Shown here piece after piece: positions 27,150-39,700 of a DNA stretch of 64,000 nucleotides (position 1 is its first letter; each line of letters opens with the position of its first letter). The stretch spans positions 112,096,001 through 112,160,000 of the forward strand of contig JBITNC010000001.1 of NCBI GenBank assembly GCA_050084985.1, in the 5' to 3' direction. The position numbers and the translations under genes were made by a program. Under the pieces are notes generated by a model. The model had not been told where the DNA came from and made no database searches. It worked only from the letters and a program-made list of their open reading frames with translations. Source of the DNA: Nageia nagi. Its lineage: Eukaryota; Plantae; Pinophyta.

Positions 27150-28640
27150 GAACCATCATGAAAAACGTGAGCTAAAAGGTATACCTAAACTACTAAAAAC
27201 TTGGACCAGTATGGTCATGAGGTTGAATCTTGATGATGTTTTTACAAAGAAATTGGAGAGGAGAATCATCAAGAATGGGGCTAGGCTTACCATTGTTAAG
27301 GGATTTTTTGATAATTTAAGGGATAAGTGAAGGAATATTTTGATTAGATGCTTCATTGAACTAATGTCATAGTTAGATCATATTCATCACTGAAATAGCA
27401 AACATTGGAAAGTGTCTCAATAAGTTGATATGATTGCTTTACCTCATGAATTTTTAGTCTTTGTTTTTACAAATGCATAAGACATGAACAAGGTTATGAA
27501 GATGGTCCTTCATTTTTGGGTTAGAAGGAGCTACTTTTAAAATGTTGGCATACTAGTTTCTATCTTAAGAAGGATAACATTTATGGCATTCTTATATGGG
27601 TCAATTTACCTAATTTACCAACATATTACTAGAATATGAGTATGATTGTTGAAATTAATAATATATTAGGATAGTTGTTTTCAATTAAAAAAGTCATCAG
27701 AATTATGAATAGAATGAAGGAAGCTGAGTTTTATGTTAACATTGATATTACAAAGGAGGAAGATGAAGAAACTTGGGAATAAGAAATAGTTTATGAATAT
27801 ATGCCTATTAGTTGTAGCAAATGTAGAAAATTTCATTATTATACCAAGGAATAATTAGATAACAAGGAGAAACAGATGATGGAAGTCCCCAATTCATATG
27901 AAGAATGAAATACCCATGTGCAAAGGAATACCCATGTGGAAAGAGAGGTGGAGGAAATCTTAGAAGGTTGACCACCTATGAAACTAGGAACCTATATCAT
28001 TCTTTGAATTCAAATGAGGTATTAAAATAACTAAAATTAGAGAGTAACATATTTTCAATTGACAATTACATATGGAAAAGTATTAACTAGTTATGAAGAA
28101 ATGGAGGAAGCCAAAAGTAGAAGTGACAAAGAACTAAAGTAGAAAATACAAAAAAACAACAAGCTAGGTCATCAAGAGATAATGAAGAAATAGGAAAAGA
28201 ATAAGAAATGGAGATTGATGATGGAAATACACCTCCCAAAAGAAGACATTTGATAATATAGTGAGGAAGACACAAGATATATGTAAAGGACATATGGGGA
28301 GGTTTTCAAATTATGAAATAAGAATATAGAATATAATTGAAGATATTACCAATATATGATAACGCACTATACAGTATAGTAGCTATAGTAAGGCCCCATA
28401 TTATGCTTTAATGATTATTTTTTAGTTATAATATACAAGGATGTAATACCCAAAATAGCTACAGGATCATCAAGTACCTCTAAAGGGAAGTTCTTATAGA
28501 TTTGTTATTTATGTTAGAGATAGAGTTGAAGAAGGATAAGGTGGTAGAAGTTGAAAATAAACTTTAAAGGGCAGTATATTGTTCTTGGAGAGAATAAGAT
28601 GTCCTATCATAGGATCTATTTAGATTATGAAACGTAACTA
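27150..28640 (+). mobile_element. Degenerate L1-clade LINE remnant: ORF1 (DUF4283-like + zinc knuckle) and start of ORF2 endonuclease
   Basis: VDMIALPHEFLVFVFTN..DGP.FLG..LLLKCWHTSF..ILIWVNLPNLPTYY*; YEYMPISCSKCRKFH (decayed CX2CX4HX4C); MIIF/SYNIQG at ~28411 and DLLFMLE resemble the APE N-terminus (SWNxRG, QETK). Confidence 0.8.
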
Positions 28641-31617
28641 CTATAAAAGGTACTCTTTATCCAAATACATCTAATAGATGTCTTCATACACATAGTAAAA
28701 TAATATTTTTCAACTACATCCTATAGAAAATAAACCAATAAACAAGAAATCAAACATAAGTAAATAATTATGATAAATTTCTTAAATACTCATTTAGTGT
28801 ATTTACATTTTAAAAATAATATAATCCATATGTTAAATTATCATTATTTTATATAAGATATTGAGTAGAAAAAATATAACAAATAAAATTAGATATTACC
28901 ATGATCATTTTTCTCATTGTTTCTAAAAACTAGAATCATCTTGATAATTAGATATTTCATATAAGAAAATGATATTTAAATAAAACTTAACCTATATGTA
29001 TTTTAATGTATAATCTTACAATAACATATTTTAAAAGATAGTATTTACAATTAATAACATTTATTTTACTATGGAATTTTTAAGTAATTGTATTTAATTC
29101 CTTTATAGTTGCTACCTTTTCTTTATTAGATAAGTAAAATAACAAAAATAGTTTGATACTATTGTTAGTTGTATGATGTATATATCTCCAAAGCATTTTT
29201 GTTACTTTGGCATTGGAATAAACAAAAAATATATTTTATATAGCTTTTGAATGAAATGAATAATTTTTGAACCAATTCAAAGTAATCATGCATGTTTTAT
29301 TCTTTGCATGGTATGTAAAACTAATCCATCAAACATTTGTGATCCTAGTACTATTTAACACAATAAATGCACCAAATTTCATAACTCTTTTAGAGTTTTC
29401 AAATACTAGTTTACAATTTAGAAAACTTATTTGATTTTGTTTGCCTGATTTGTGATCATAGTTTTGGTTACATACTATAAAAATTTATCATGTTGAAGTT
29501 TCTATACTTTTCTTGATGATGTGCATGGAAAGCAAAAAATAATTAAAAAATTAAATCGAAACTTTAAAAAATAAAAAAAGAATTAAAAATTTAAATCCAA
29601 AGGTTAAAAACTATTTCATGGTGGGCTTGCTCTCTAACAAATTTTAAGCTATGGATTTCAAAATGAGCTTTCAAAGCTCAAAGGGGACATATATGGCCTA
29701 ATGAAATAATAAATTTTAAAGAATTATAGTAAGTTATAAAATAAAAAAATAAAAATTATTTATTTTTTGAATTGAACTTTGAATATATTTTGAATTTTTC
29801 TTTTACTAATTCTAACAATAATTCAAACAATTGTATAATTATTCATCATTTTTATGCTTTTTTTTGTATTTCTCTATGATTATTTGCCATCATCTTGTAA
29901 AATATAAAGACTTACAAATGAATACTAATCAATATTCTAAATAGTAATAATAATATAATATATAAACCATTAGAATAAAATTACACATAAGATAATCACT
30001 ATTATAACAACAACAAAATATATCTAATACTTTGAAATAAAATTTATCTAATATTTTATATTCAATTTAATTATGTTGGTATTCCACCTTAGAAGTTTTG
30101 AGAAAAGGTCACATCTCCTACTCCAACTTATTGAGAAAAAAATATCCTATTCACTTAAGTTGAAAATAGAAATAATATACTATAATAAAATATCCTATCC
30201 ATTCTCTAATGTTGAATTAGCCTTCAAGTTAAAAATTGAGTTTCAAATTCCAATCCTCATGCTAAAATAATTTATAATGAAAATATGATATAGTTAAACA
30301 AATCTAGCTTATACACCCCTATCACTTCCCATTGATAGTTTATAATCATGGAATTCAAGACACAATCTATAACCCTATATATCTATCAATCAAGGTAGTG
30401 TTCTCTTTTGAATTCCTATTATCCAAGGCATGCCTATATTGATTGATGTTGAGAGTTATATAATGTCATGGATAATGGTTGTCCACAAGTAAAGTATAAA
30501 AATAATATTTACACTACATAGATATGCAAAATAAGAATAAAGAAAAATGTAGCTAGATTCAAGAGAATTGAGATTTATTATTGCATAAGAAAGATAATAT
30601 AAACACAAGGTGGGTCTATTTTACAATACCTAGTCCAACAACCTTCCTACACAATAAATGTATGGAAAATACTATCAAATTCCTACTTCAATATATGAAA
30701 TAGATGAAGCTTGTATAGAAAGTTGAATGAAACATAATAAAAAATATTACAATCATACTAAGTTAAGATCCTAAAATAAGAAGTCAAAATACTCTTGTAT
30801 CCCTAACAATATATTTCTTCTAGGTCTAAGTCAAGTTGAGCTTCCTACAGTTGGTCTCAAGTCATGCCAACAAATTAGAGATGGATTCACATACCAAAAT
30901 ATGTCATATCAATTGTAAGATGATCCTAGATGATGCTAACATCTCTTTCCACTATCTATTGAATTACTGAGATCCTTTATTTCGTATTGATTTCATTTCA
31001 AATCAAAAGATGAAAACCATTTAATGAAAATTTATATGACATCCATGATCTTCATATGATGAAATTTTTTTTCTATTATAATACATATTTATTGAATAAG
31101 AAATCAATGTACTAGGCTAGCATGAAAATTGATATTAGAAACTATATTTTAAAATATTTAACATTCAAAAAGGCTAAATTTATTGATTATTCAAAATTTA
31201 AAGTGATATTTGATAAATATAGGTTTCAAATCTTCCAAAGGGTATGACATTATTTTAGTTTTTGTAAAGAATTTAATTAATATGATACACTTGATTTGTT
31301 CAAGATTCAAAATAAGTATCATTGATATTACATATATTTTTATGAAGTAGTTAGGTTGTATAGCATGCTTAGGACAATCAACCTATCCAAAGTAAAGGTA
31401 AAAGTAATATATATAACATTTACTAAAAATAAACCATCTATAGAACAACTATAATTAACCATTACATAACATGTATGCCTCTACTAAAATTGAAACACAG
31501 AACACAAATCATAATAAAATCATTACATAACTAACCCAACCAATGATCTAACTCAAACACCCCTATCACTTTCTCCTTAACAATTTGAAATCAGAGACAT
31601 TGAGTAAGCTGCACAAT

Positions 31618-32212
31618 CTATAACGCTACGTATGTATCGATCAGGCTAGCCTTCTCTTTAGGATTTGTATTCTCCAAGGAGGCACGCCTAAATTGGTTCA
31701 AGGTGAAAGGTCTATAATGTCGTGGATAGTGGTCATCCACCACCGGAGGAGGAGCCCAAATCTCATTCTCACGTAGAAAATGCATGCCCCACACCAAAGA
31801 TATGCGATCTGTCCACCCTTTTCGAACCAGTCGATGCTCCGCGCTTCGTAACCTTTCGTTGCTCTATGGGTGCACTTTCCTTCATTACTTTATAGCCACA
31901 AAAACATTGTATCAACACCAATAACTTCTTCCTCATGTTAAGGCAATCGACGATATTGATAACAAATGAGTCCGATTCCGGCTTCACATCCAACCACTTT
32001 CCTTGCTTGGACCGAATCTGGAGGCCGCCCTCATTACCTGTGTATAGGACGGTAAAGATCCCATTATCTCTATGAGTAATGAGAGCGTCGTCCACTATCG
32101 ATTTTCAGTCAGAAGTATAGTAAGTGATACGCATTTTATACGTGCAGTTCTGGAAATCAGATTATAAGAAATGTTCGAAGTCCAAATCGAGGCTTGCAAG
32201 AGAGCACGCCAT
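31618..32212 (-). pseudogene. 2OG-Fe(II) dioxygenase pseudogene A2 (most of exon 1 and intron 1 deleted)
   Basis: ATG GCG TGC TCT is fused to CTT GCA AGC CTC GAT TTG; then in-frame stops, ITHRDNGIFTVLYTGNEGGLQIRSKQGKWLDVKP, and the end LIDTYVAL*. Flanks match those of A1. Confidence 0.92.
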
Positions 32213-34814
32213 AGTAGAGGATCTGTGGCAGGGAAATGACTAAAACGATATACAAAATAGAAGAAAGTATCATACGAATACCACAAACGATGATTTATTA
32301 GCAAATGGGTGAGCTAATTCCCTCATACTCTAGGAATATATATAGATACGAGGAGTGAAAAATAAAAATTACCTTCTACAGATTATTGAGAAATTTATCA
32401 AATTCGAACACATGTTTATCTCCCTGTAATTAATATGTAATGTATTACGATGCAAATTTTTATTAACATGTTTAATAGACGGTAAAATATTTCATCTCTA
32501 TACAAATCACACCGCTTTAGTTATTCAATAAACCCCAAAAGTCTTTAAGCATGTGTATCTCGAGAGATGCAAGTTTTTACGTTGAAGTTGTCTTCTTTAT
32601 TTGTCTTATGGACATACCTAACAATCTCATACTATTCCATCTCCATACAAATCACACCGCCTTAAATATTTAGTAAATCCCACCACTCACAATATTCCAT
32701 CTTCACACACATCACTCCTCTTTAATTATTCAATATACCCCACTCTCTTGATAGATGTAATGTCAAAATATTAGTTTTAAGTCTTATATGTTTTTAAATT
32801 AAATAGAGACTATTTTATATGTAATTATATTTTTAAATAAATTATTCTTTATATTTATATTAGGTTTTGAATCAACGATTGAGCGGTATCCACATCGTCA
32901 AAATTCATCTTGAACACGAACCTTGCATCATCTGCACTTACCATAACTTGATAAGATTTTATATATCATGTATATGAGGGGAAGAGATTTGAGCCTCAAG
33001 CCTCCCTTTTTTCACTTGAGAGTTTTAACAATCTGCTTTCTCACTAACTCCCATCACAACTACTCATATTAATAAAATCATATTATACTTGATTATGGAT
33101 ACCGTGAATGTGAGGTGGAGATATTTGACCCTAGGTCCTCCGTTTTTCCAATTGAGGGATTGTAATGGTTTATATGTAATATTGAAAATTGGATGATATC
33201 CATTTTTTTTTATAGGTTGGTAGTAATGTATACAAGAGAAGTGTATTAGGTTAGATGAATAATTAAATATTTATATATATTATTATGAGAATAAATAGAA
33301 AAATATATGAACATATATTTTAAGTTACATTCAAAGGTAATTTCTTTTTGTATTCATTTTAATCTTATGGATAATTAGGTTTGCACTTCTTTTGTGCAAT
33401 GGAAACATCCAAGAGATTAATAAATAAAATAATCAATATAACAATCATTTCATATGACAAGATTACATTTTTATTTCATTTCATTCGATAGTTTTTACAC
33501 ATAAAAATTCAATTTACCAATTTACACATAAAAGATATTACCATCCAATTCAACAATTCAATTTATTATTAAAAATAATGAAGTGTTGTTATTTTAATGT
33601 TATGTGAAATATTAACAAGCATTCAAATAAATTTTAACAAAGATTTTTCTAAAATATTATGAATTTTAAAAATATATATTATGATTATCAAGAAGATATA
33701 AGTTACATGATGAGAAATACTTTATGCACACAATTAATATTACTATCCAATCTAACAACTATTTTTCAATTAATAAAGATAAATAAGTGTTATCACTTTT
33801 TTTCATTTGCTTTAGTGATAAACATTGAAATAAATTTTAATAAAGATTTTTGTAAAACGTTATGAAATTTTAAAATATATGTTAATGATGATCAGGAAGA
33901 TATAACTTACATTACAAGAAATCATTTTTATGTATAAAATTGATATCATCATCCAATCCAACAATTAAGTTTATTCATAAATTGAAACATGAAGTTTTTT
34001 TCTTCTATATAACTCTAAACCAAAATAGTTTTGAATTCTAAACATTTGAAATAAATAATATTAGATATATTATGAATGTATCATGTATAATTTTTTTGGC
34101 AGGCATGAATATAAGATCTGAGAGCATTTATTTGATTAGATTATTATAAGACACTTATTTTAAGTAAAGAATTAATGACCACCCCTTCCACAAAAAACAT
34201 GCAAGATATAATTAAGTTTTCACATTTCCATATTTCTAATTTTACCCAACATCAATTGGAAGCTATTTCTAGCAACATAATAGTCTAGTTCAGAAAAGCA
34301 TAGACTTTGTGTGTGGGAAGGAACTTTAAATAAATATATTTGTAATGGTGGTGGAGTAGCTAAAGATTGGATGACAGTGGTATAGGTGGCATCAAAAAGA
34401 ATTTTTATATTTTTAGTTGTCTCCTTGGATTGATACCACCATTGTTCCTATGATAATATATATGTTACTAGTGGCTTTGATGGAGCCATCTATCTCTTTT
34501 TGATAGGATTGCTAGCTCCACAACATGAATGTACAAGACCCTTTAAATTTATTTGCACTATATAAGATATATTTTTTGTACAACATATTGTATATGGGAA
34601 ATAAATACATGATTTTAACATTTTTAATTCATTCCAACATATTAATAGCTTATGCTCACTAGTAAGCAATGAAACATTTATGAACAACATGATAGATAGT
34701 TTTAAATTAAATAGTTAGAGAAAAATATCATACATTTAAAAAGTAATCACTCATTCTCACACTAAAGATATCTATCACATTAAATATAAATAATTAAAAT
34801 TTACAATGATACAT

Positions 34815-35893
34815 GGTTGATTGTAAGAAGTTAAGTCCCACTTTAGAGGAACAAGTGGTATTTAGTTTTCTTAACACTGGGTTGGGATCTTTGTCTTGGC
34901 TAGTTTGGTATCCCCATGCTAGGATTAGGATAGTGGGGATATGTATCTCATCCCTTAGGATCTTGGGGGATCAGGAATTTGCCCCCTAGGATCACAGTCC
35001 TAGAATACTATAAATAGGTGAGGGAGCTAGGATCCTGCCCCTCGAAATCTTGCCCCTTGTAATCCCAATCCTTAAATTCAAAACTTTTATGCACTCTTTT
35101 CACTTAGAATCAAGTTTGGTGACATGAACATTAGCTTTAGACCTAGAACTTCAAGTTCATAAGAATGGTAATGGAGTTTATCAACTTTGAACATGTGTTT
35201 GATGATGCTTTCCAAAGCATTTTTTCATGAAATTTTGTAGAAATATGGATGAGAGAGTGTACATTTCAAATATGCTATTTATTTTGTAAATGGATTAGAT
35301 TTTATATTTTTAATATAATTTGTAATGAAAGAGGGTCCATAAACTTCAAAAAATAGGGTTTTGCATTTACTAAATAACTTTTTATCCATTTGGAATTATG
35401 AAAAATAAAATATATGTCCATAATATGCATATAATTCTCCAAAAATTAAAAAAATTAATTGAAAATGATAAATTTAGGTCAAATTATGCTTAAGGGACAT
35501 GGACATTTTTTGAAATGATAATTAGGTCTAATAAAAAATTATAATATTTAATGTCCTAGGTATCTTTACTGAAAAGGATTTAAGAAAATATTTTAAAATA
35601 TGTTGAATTATGCTTGAGGGACACGATGTGGGTGTGGTTCTAAAACTATGTTTTTTAAATAGTGGATTTTAAACATGCCTATCAAAAATTTATTTCTATG
35701 ATTTGGGTATTGGAATAAATTACATTATTGAAAAACTAGACTTTGAGCATTACATTTTCACTATAGTGACCTTCTTGAAGATTTCAACTCTAAGTATTTT
35801 AAATTTTGAGATCAATTGTGATGAAACATGAAAATCAAGTAAAATAGTTCCACTTTTTGGCCCAAAGTGGGACTCAACTTCTTTCACTTGTGC
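34815..35893. mobile_element. Non-autonomous TIR DNA element (~1.08 kb), apparent 4-bp TSD ACAT
   Basis: TIR cores 'aagaagttaagtcccacttt' and 'aaagtgggactcaacttctt'; the paralogous empty site 'gatacatctaatc' is at ~22850; ACAT at 34811-34814 and 35894-35897. Confidence 0.85.
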
Positions 35894-36615
35894 ACATCTA
35901 ATCATTTATGAAGTCTAAGATATTTAGTAAATGAAAGATAGTAAACTTGATTGAGTATTTGAGATATATCATAAGAGATAGTAAAGGGTATACAACCACT
36001 AACAAATATAATTTTAAATAAGGGAAACCATGCATTAGAAATTAAAAAATAAAACATTATGTACATAAACATGAAAATTATCATATGGTATGAGTAGATT
36101 AGATGGAAATTCTAACTAAATTTGATATAAAAGAAAACCTTTACACATAAAAGATACGCTTACCTAGTACCCTAACCTAAAAAATATTTTCCCCTATTCC
36201 TAAAGATAAAATGATGTCCCTCCTCACCACCCAAAATTAGTACTTTAAGTTGTCAAGTGCTACCGATGTGCTCCTTTCCCTTTTGAGATCCCCTAAGCAC
36301 TAAGTGATGTGAAAAGTAGAGATCAAATTCCCCTCTTCCCAACATGTTTATGTTGGGTTCTTTTAAAACTACTTCTCTGAATTCTTGCATTATCAAAAAT
36401 CAAATTAATTTTGAAATTCAAAAGGTTACTACTATCTCTTAAATTTAAAATACTATTCATGGCAAGAAAATTTAAAATAATATCTCATATGTTTCACATT
36501 TATTTTACTATATGATTTATTTTTATCATGTAATATCTCCTTTTTTTAACTTATATTTTTCCTTTATAGGTCTAGTAGATATAGCCATAATCACTTGTCA
36601 AGGAAGCTACATAAT

Positions 36616-36723
36616 CTACACACCTTCATATCTCTCAATGAAAGTGGCCTTTTCTTCTTCAAAATTTTTCCTCTCTATGAGGTATTGCTTAAATTAGGAG
36701 AATGTGAAAGGCCTATAACATCA
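36616..36723 (-). pseudogene. 2OG dioxygenase B, C-terminal fragment (B2), truncated by copia insertion
   Basis: Matches 23577-~23682 ('gaatgtgaaaggcctataa'); homology stops at the LTR start TGAAAAT (36724). Confidence 0.8.
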
Positions 36724-39700
36724 TGAAAATGATCATCTCCATTCCTAAGAATTACTTTTATTCTCCAAGATCTATATCCATTCCCAAGAATCACTTTTAT
36801 TATCTAGGCTCTATGTCCATTCCTAGGAATTACTATTTTTCTTAGGCATCACTTTTATTATCTAGGCTTTGTCTTCTTGCTTCAGACTTCCTTATGTAGG
36901 ATCTAATTTCCATCATTTAGGTTTTCTTTTAATAGGATTTATTACACCTGAGACTTACTACATATGGGAATTTACATTTTGAGCTCTAGGTGTTGATAAG
37001 ATCTACTATTATTTTAGATGATGTCATCATATCAAGCCTTGAACCCTGGGTCCTCTTATAATTCATTTTTTTTCCTATGCAATGACATTCCTCTTGCTCA
37101 AAATCCCAAATTAACATTACAAAAATTCTTTTTAAGATATTTCTATACTAGAAGTAAATGCTTGATCATGAATATTAATTTTGGAATCCTAACATTAAAA
37201 TATGCACAATAATAGTTAAAATTAATCAACCTTATAAAACCATTTAATATTTTTCAGATGTCCTATAGATAGAAAGGGCATGGGCTTTCTCTACTCTCTA
37301 TAGTATAGATAACTAAATGCATGTGTGGAGCCCATGCTACATTTAATTTTGTTTTTAATCAACTTGGATGCATATAATATATTATCTTAGTATAAATACA
37401 GATAGTCTATATGTAAAGAAGAAGTAGAACAAGAGACGTGTATGTTTTCCTACTTAGCTCCAAGAGAGCCTTGAATTATTTTTCACTTCTCTGTAATACA
37501 AAAAATATTTTGGTCTCCAATTTTTCTCAATATTTATTTTTCTTATGATCAACCTTATAATATTCTAGCTAAACATTATTACTTATTTTTCTTCAAAATC
37601 TTTAATTGGTATTAGACTAGGATATTTATTTGGTCAAATGGATTTGAATCGTTGAAATTCACTATAGTTATAGATTCCCATTTTCATTAGAGATCATTAT
37701 GAGTACTAGAGCATTTGTATAAGGACATTTCACATCTTTCAAGACCTATGGACATTTATTTCCCAAGGTTTTACCAACTTAGATGAAGTCACCCTTACAT
37801 CCATGATTGTAGATGAGAAGAAAGAAGTGTTGGAGAACCATAAGAAGGATGTTAAGGCATTGTTTGCCATATAATTTGGCATATATTTTTTCATATTCTA
37901 AAAATTATAGAGTGTAAAACTTCAAAGGAGCATGGGAGAACTTGAATACCATATATAAAGGATCAGCCAAGGTTTGAGTTGCCAAGATCAGTTGTTAAGG
38001 AAGGAGTTTGAATCTCTCCATACAAGAGAGGAAGATAATATAAGTGTCTTCTTTCCAAGATAAAGATCTTGTAAATGCAAGAGGAAGATAATATAAGTTT
38101 CTTCTTTCCAAGATCCAAATCTTGTAAATGCCCTCCATTCATATAGCAAAGAGATGGGAGACACCAAAATTATGGAAAAGGTGCCCCAAAGCTAGCCCCA
38201 AAAGTTTGATCCCATTACCACTGCCATTGAAGAAGCAAAGGACCTATCCCAACCCATGCTTGTAGAGTTTATAGGTAGTCTAACTACCTATGAATATAAA
38301 ATCAATGATAGAGTTGATTCTTTGTACCAAGCTTTCCAAGGATAGTTGAAAATGAAGGACCAATAGCCCTCTTCATCAACTCATATTTTCTCTTCTTCAT
38401 CCTATCATGGAAGATGTGGATTATGTATGTAAGAAGTAGTAGTAGAGGTTGAGGTAGAGGAAGAAGAGGCCATGGAAGATGTTGTTCTAATGGAAGATCA
38501 CAAGATAACACCCCTATATATTTTGACTTTTATAATAAATATGGTCACATAGAATCACATTACTAGAAGAATAATTCCAATCTCAAAGCTTAGTATGTTG
38601 AAGATCAGGTAGAGAGCAACATGTTCCTCACTTGTAGTAGTTTCTAGGGTGAAGAAGAAGATGTATGGTACCTGAAGAGTGGATGTTCTAACTACATGAC
38701 TAAAAATAAAGCATATTTCTTAAGATTAACACCAATATATAGGTTAGGTAAGGTTTAGTGACAACAAAAGTGCCAATATCCATGGTAGAGGGACTGTTGC
38801 CTTTAAGTTTAAAGATGGTAAGATATTTTATATGCATAGCACTCTCTTTGTTCTTAACCTTAAGAACAATCTGTTAAGTATTTTCATATTGGTATAAGAT
38901 GATATATATCCACCTTAAGAAGGAAAGGGTGCACCATAGTAAATGAGGCCACTAAATAGCTTATAGCCACCATCCATATGATTGAAAAGAGGATGTATAT
39001 GCTTAGTATGACACCTATAGCATGTTGTTTAAAAGAATCTATTGATTCTATGTAGTTAATCTCCCATACACCTAGTGAGGTCTATGAAAGTTGCATTGTA
39101 GGTAAGTAACATAGTGAAGTTTTCAAAGCACCAATACAAGGCCAAGTACCCTCTTTAGTTGGTGCATGCAGACCTATTTGGACCAATGCAAACTCCTAGC
39201 CAAGGTAGTAAGTCAAAATATATGATTATATTTACGAATGAATTTTTTTAGAATGAACTAAGTTTATCTACTATAAAACAATTCTAACTCTTTTGAGGGT
39301 TTTGTTAAATTTAAATCTCTTGTTGAAAAATAATTTGACTATTTTATTAAAAAGTTTAGAACTAATAGAGGAGGAGAATTCATTTTAATGAATTTAATAA
39401 CTTATGCCATTAGCATGGTATTATTAGGAAATATACAACTGCCTACACTCCACACCAAAATGGAGTGGTTGAAAGAAAAAATCAAACAATTATTGATATG
39501 GTTAGATGGATGATGAAAGAAAAGGTACTTCCCACTAGTTTTTGAGGTGATGTAGTGCATACAATTTGTATATTAAAATAGGGGTCCTAATCAAGTTGTA
39601 AAGGATATCCTCCTTTTGAAGGTTGGTTTGGTGTATAGCCAAACATTTCTCATCTCTAGATATTTGGATCAACTTGTTTTGTGCATATACAAAAGAAAAT

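Noticed and set aside
36735-36870. CRISPR-like array
   Set aside because: Imperfect contiguous repeats with no unique spacers, inside a plant LTR; no cas genes.
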